From positions 1,888,001 through 1,952,000 of the forward strand of contig CAWDSK010000006.1 in assembly GCA_963804995.1 (NCBI GenBank): 64,000 bases of DNA. The letters are read 5' to 3'. The notes below the pieces were generated by a model. That model saw nothing but the letters and a program-made list of their open reading frames with translations. It was not told the origin of the DNA and ran no database searches. Shown here piece after piece: positions 61,827 to 64,000 of the stretch (position 1 is the stretch's first letter; every line of letters begins with the position of its first letter). The translations under genes and the position numbers were made by a program. The stretch comes from an uncultured Acidobacteriota bacterium (GTDB taxonomy: Bacteria; Acidobacteriota; Terriglobia; UBA7540).

Positions 61827-64000
61827 TTATTTCCCCGTCCCGGCGTGGGGCGTACGTTGGGGTGGTTTGACGATGGCGAGTGGCACGCGCGCGAAGGCCA
61901 CGCGCTCGGCGGCTGGGTCGAGGACATTCACCTGCATCGTGTAGCGCCCGGTCGGGAATTTTTCGAGAGGAATCTGTGCGAAGTAAGTGGCCTTCTGTTC
62001 CGTTGTCTTTTCCAATTTTCCCGGGAACGGGCCGGCCTCCGCAAATTTCCTTCCCCGGCGGAAAAACACCAGCGCCACGGAGGGCGGCGTGGCAGGCCCA
62101 GGCGGCACTGCGGGCTGTCCGGCGGCAGGAGCCGGAGTCTTTCCCCCGTAGGATTCCAGATAAACCGTGAGCGTTTGATTCGAGCGGAACACGCGTGTCA
62201 CGCTGGGCAGAACGGAGCGGTTCCCCACCTGCAACGGCGCGCTCTTGTCGCGGTTCACTTTGGCGCGCGCAATTTCATCGGCCGGCTTCACTTCGTTCGA
62301 GAGCACCACGGAGCTCAGGCTCAGACCGGTGTCCGAAACATCCGGCACCTCGAGCGGCGCTTCGAACGTCCCGATCTTACCGCCTTCGTTTTCACGCACT
62401 ACGGCCTTCAAATTGTATTTCCCCGGCGGCAAACTGATTTCTCCTTCGTACAGCAGGTTGCCGCTGACCACTTCCTCAAAGGTATCGTTGGTCATCTTCA
62501 CAGGCAGCGTGTCGCGCAGCCCCGCCACGACATGCTTATGGGCGTCGGTAACTTCCCAGGCAAAATCAAATTCAGTTTCGCGCTTGCCTGACTTCCTGAG
62601 GAACGAAATCTCCGAGCCCGGGATTTTAGCGGCCAGGACAACCGTGAATTTCTTGTCGCCCCGGTGGAAGTATGCCGTGTCCACCACAAAGGGCAGATCG
62701 ACGAAAGGCATATCCAGGTTCATGGCCTCCTGAAGCTGCTCTTCCTTGTCCTGGCGGGTGAACTGGCGGAAATTCTTGGGGGCGAAATAGCCCGGGCGGG
62801 CCTGAATTTTCAAGCCCTGCCGGTCCACATCCACGCGGATATGCCGGAAGCGGCCATCCGACCGGGTGTTGCTGGGTGTATACCCAATCAGGTAATAACT
62901 GCTGTTTTCCCTCTGCACCTCGGTGAAAGCGGGCGTGAAATCGTTCAGGTCGTAGAAGAATCTTCCGCCGGTGTCGGTAGCAAGGGAAGCCAGCGTTTCG
63001 CGGCTCCCTTGTAACGCCGAAACCTGCGACACCATGGCCGACCCGGAATAGAGGGCCGTGCCGGAGGGGCTGGCCGAGGAGGCGTCGCCGCCCGGGGGCA
63101 GGGCCGCAAGGCCACGCGCGTCCATGGGGTAGAGGGAAACGTTGGCCTGGTTCGCCGCATTGAGGGTGGCGCGCAACTGCGCCTGGTTTTCCTGCCCTGT
63201 ACGCGAAATCCCACTCGAAAAGTGAATCACGGATTTGCGCCCCGGCACGTTGCGCAGCATTTGCGACAGCGATTCGATGGCAGCCATCTTCTGATCGGTA
63301 TTGAAGATGTTGAATTCGGTCTGATCGGGGGTGAAGGCGTCGGACAGATCCTGGGTCACAATTTCCATGCCATTGGCATCGGTCCCGCCTGCGTCGCCAA
63401 TCGACCCGGCCGCGGCCAGGGCGGAAGATTCCTCGCCGACCTGGATTGCGCGCAGCACCTTGGTGATGGAATCCCGGTCATTGGTGAAGTTCTGCACCAC
63501 TCGCAAGCTGGAAGAGTAAGTGACCACGGCGATCAAGTCAGCAGGCGTCATGCGGTGCGCCAGGAAGTCGTTCGAGGCTTTCAGCGCGCGCATCAGCTCA
63601 TCAGGTTGCATCGAGCTCAAGTCAAAGAAGAATACCAGGAGGCGATGGTCCTGGAGCACTTGTTCGGCATTGACCTCCGGTGGGAGCTTGGCCAAATCGA
63701 TGATCGGGGCGCGCTCGTTGCCTGCTGTCGCCTGAGCCAACTTCTCCACGTCCTCCAGGCTAAAAGAGGAGATGGTCTGCGGAACGCCGTCTTCCAGAAC
63801 ATGGAAATCCGACTGTTTTAAATCCGTGACAGGCTTGCCGGATTTGTCATAGACGCGGACATCGACCAGCACTACCGTGGTCTGGGCGCGCAGGACGAAG
63901 GCCTGTTGGGGACTTTTGGAAACCGGGGTGGAGCCCTTCACTTGGGAAAACGTCTGTGTTGCGAGGCCCGCCAGGGCAACAGCAAAGGCCGCACCACCAA
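61827..64000 (-). CDS. VWA-domain (VWFA-related, Acidobacterial-type) secreted protein; start outside the window
   Basis: VLVDV.V.DKSG.PV.DL...DF.V.EDG.PQ.I..F, FFDLSSM, PGRKS.I.FS.G, LA..TGG, YYL.GY.P.N...DG.FR.I.V, RPGY.A; a signal-like segment runs off the edge. Confidence 0.9.
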   Translation of the reverse strand, partial: GGAAFAVALAGLATQTFSQVKGSTPVSKSPQQAFVLRAQTTVVLVDVRVYDKSGKPVTDLKQSDFHVLEDGVPQTISSFSLEDVEKLAQATAGNERAPIIDLAKLPPEVNAEQVLQDHRLLVFFFDLSSMQPDELMRALKASNDFLAHRMTPADLIAVVTYSSSLRVVQNFTNDRDSITKVLRAIQVGEESSALAAAGSIGDAGGTDANGMEIVTQDLSDAFTPDQTEFNIFNTDQKMAAIESLSQMLRNVPGRKSVIHFSSGISRTGQENQAQLRATLNAANQANVSLYPMDARGLAALPPGGDASSASPSGTALYSGSAMVSQVSALQGSRETLASLATDTGGRFFYDLNDFTPAFTEVQRENSSYYLIGYTPSNTRSDGRFRHIRVDVDRQGLKIQARPGYFAPKNFRQFTRQDKEEQLQEAMNLDMPFVDLPFVVDTAYFHRGDKKFTVVLAAKIPGSEISFLRKSGKRETEFDFAWEVTDAHKHVVAGLRDTLPVKMTNDTFEEVVSGNLLYEGEISLPPGKYNLKAVVRENEGGKIGTFEAPLEVPDVSDTGLSLSSVVLSNEVKPADEIARAKVNRDKSAPLQVGNRSVLPSVTRVFRSNQTLTVYLESYGGKTPAPAAGQPAVPPGPATPPSVALVFFRRGRKFAEAGPFPGKLEKTTEQKATYFAQIPLEKFPTGRYTMQVNVLDPAAERVAFARVPLAIVKPPQRTPHAGTGK

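Overview
GC-rich bacterial chromosomal window. It is most likely Acidobacteriota/Terriglobia, inferred from the carboxypeptidase-regulatory TonB receptor, VWFA-type protein, wHTH-kinase-TPR protein and repeat-mosaic intergenic DNA. The housekeeping backbone comprises the gcvT-H-PA-PB glycine cleavage operon, smc, purC-cvpA-Fis-like, a GT2-ArnT-AsnB envelope cluster, glmM, and a SAM-I riboswitch-led thrC-like/metY/metX/metW/panB/thrB cluster. Main accessory findings: (i) at the left edge, an Eco29kI-type restriction endonuclease and two ORFan membrane genes, each delimited by a ~95-bp palindromic direct repeat, forming a cassette-like array; (ii) an IS4-family element inserted in a REP stem-loop, plus an orphan end of the same type; (iii) a 2.8-kb transposase-less element with perfect 16-bp IS4-like terminal inverted repeats and an 11-bp flanking duplication, carrying an AAA ATPase + DUF4276 putative defence pair; (iv) REP palindromes inserted in frame inside a Ser/Thr kinase; (v) several unexplained dispersed repeat families, including a duplicated 190-bp palindrome/promoter/ORF-start module and an array of ~40-bp core repeats. 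Eight single-base frameshifts in otherwise intact genes suggest long-read consensus errors, and four of them share the same CTCGA+A context. All calls come from reading the sequence and recognising motifs; no database searches were run.
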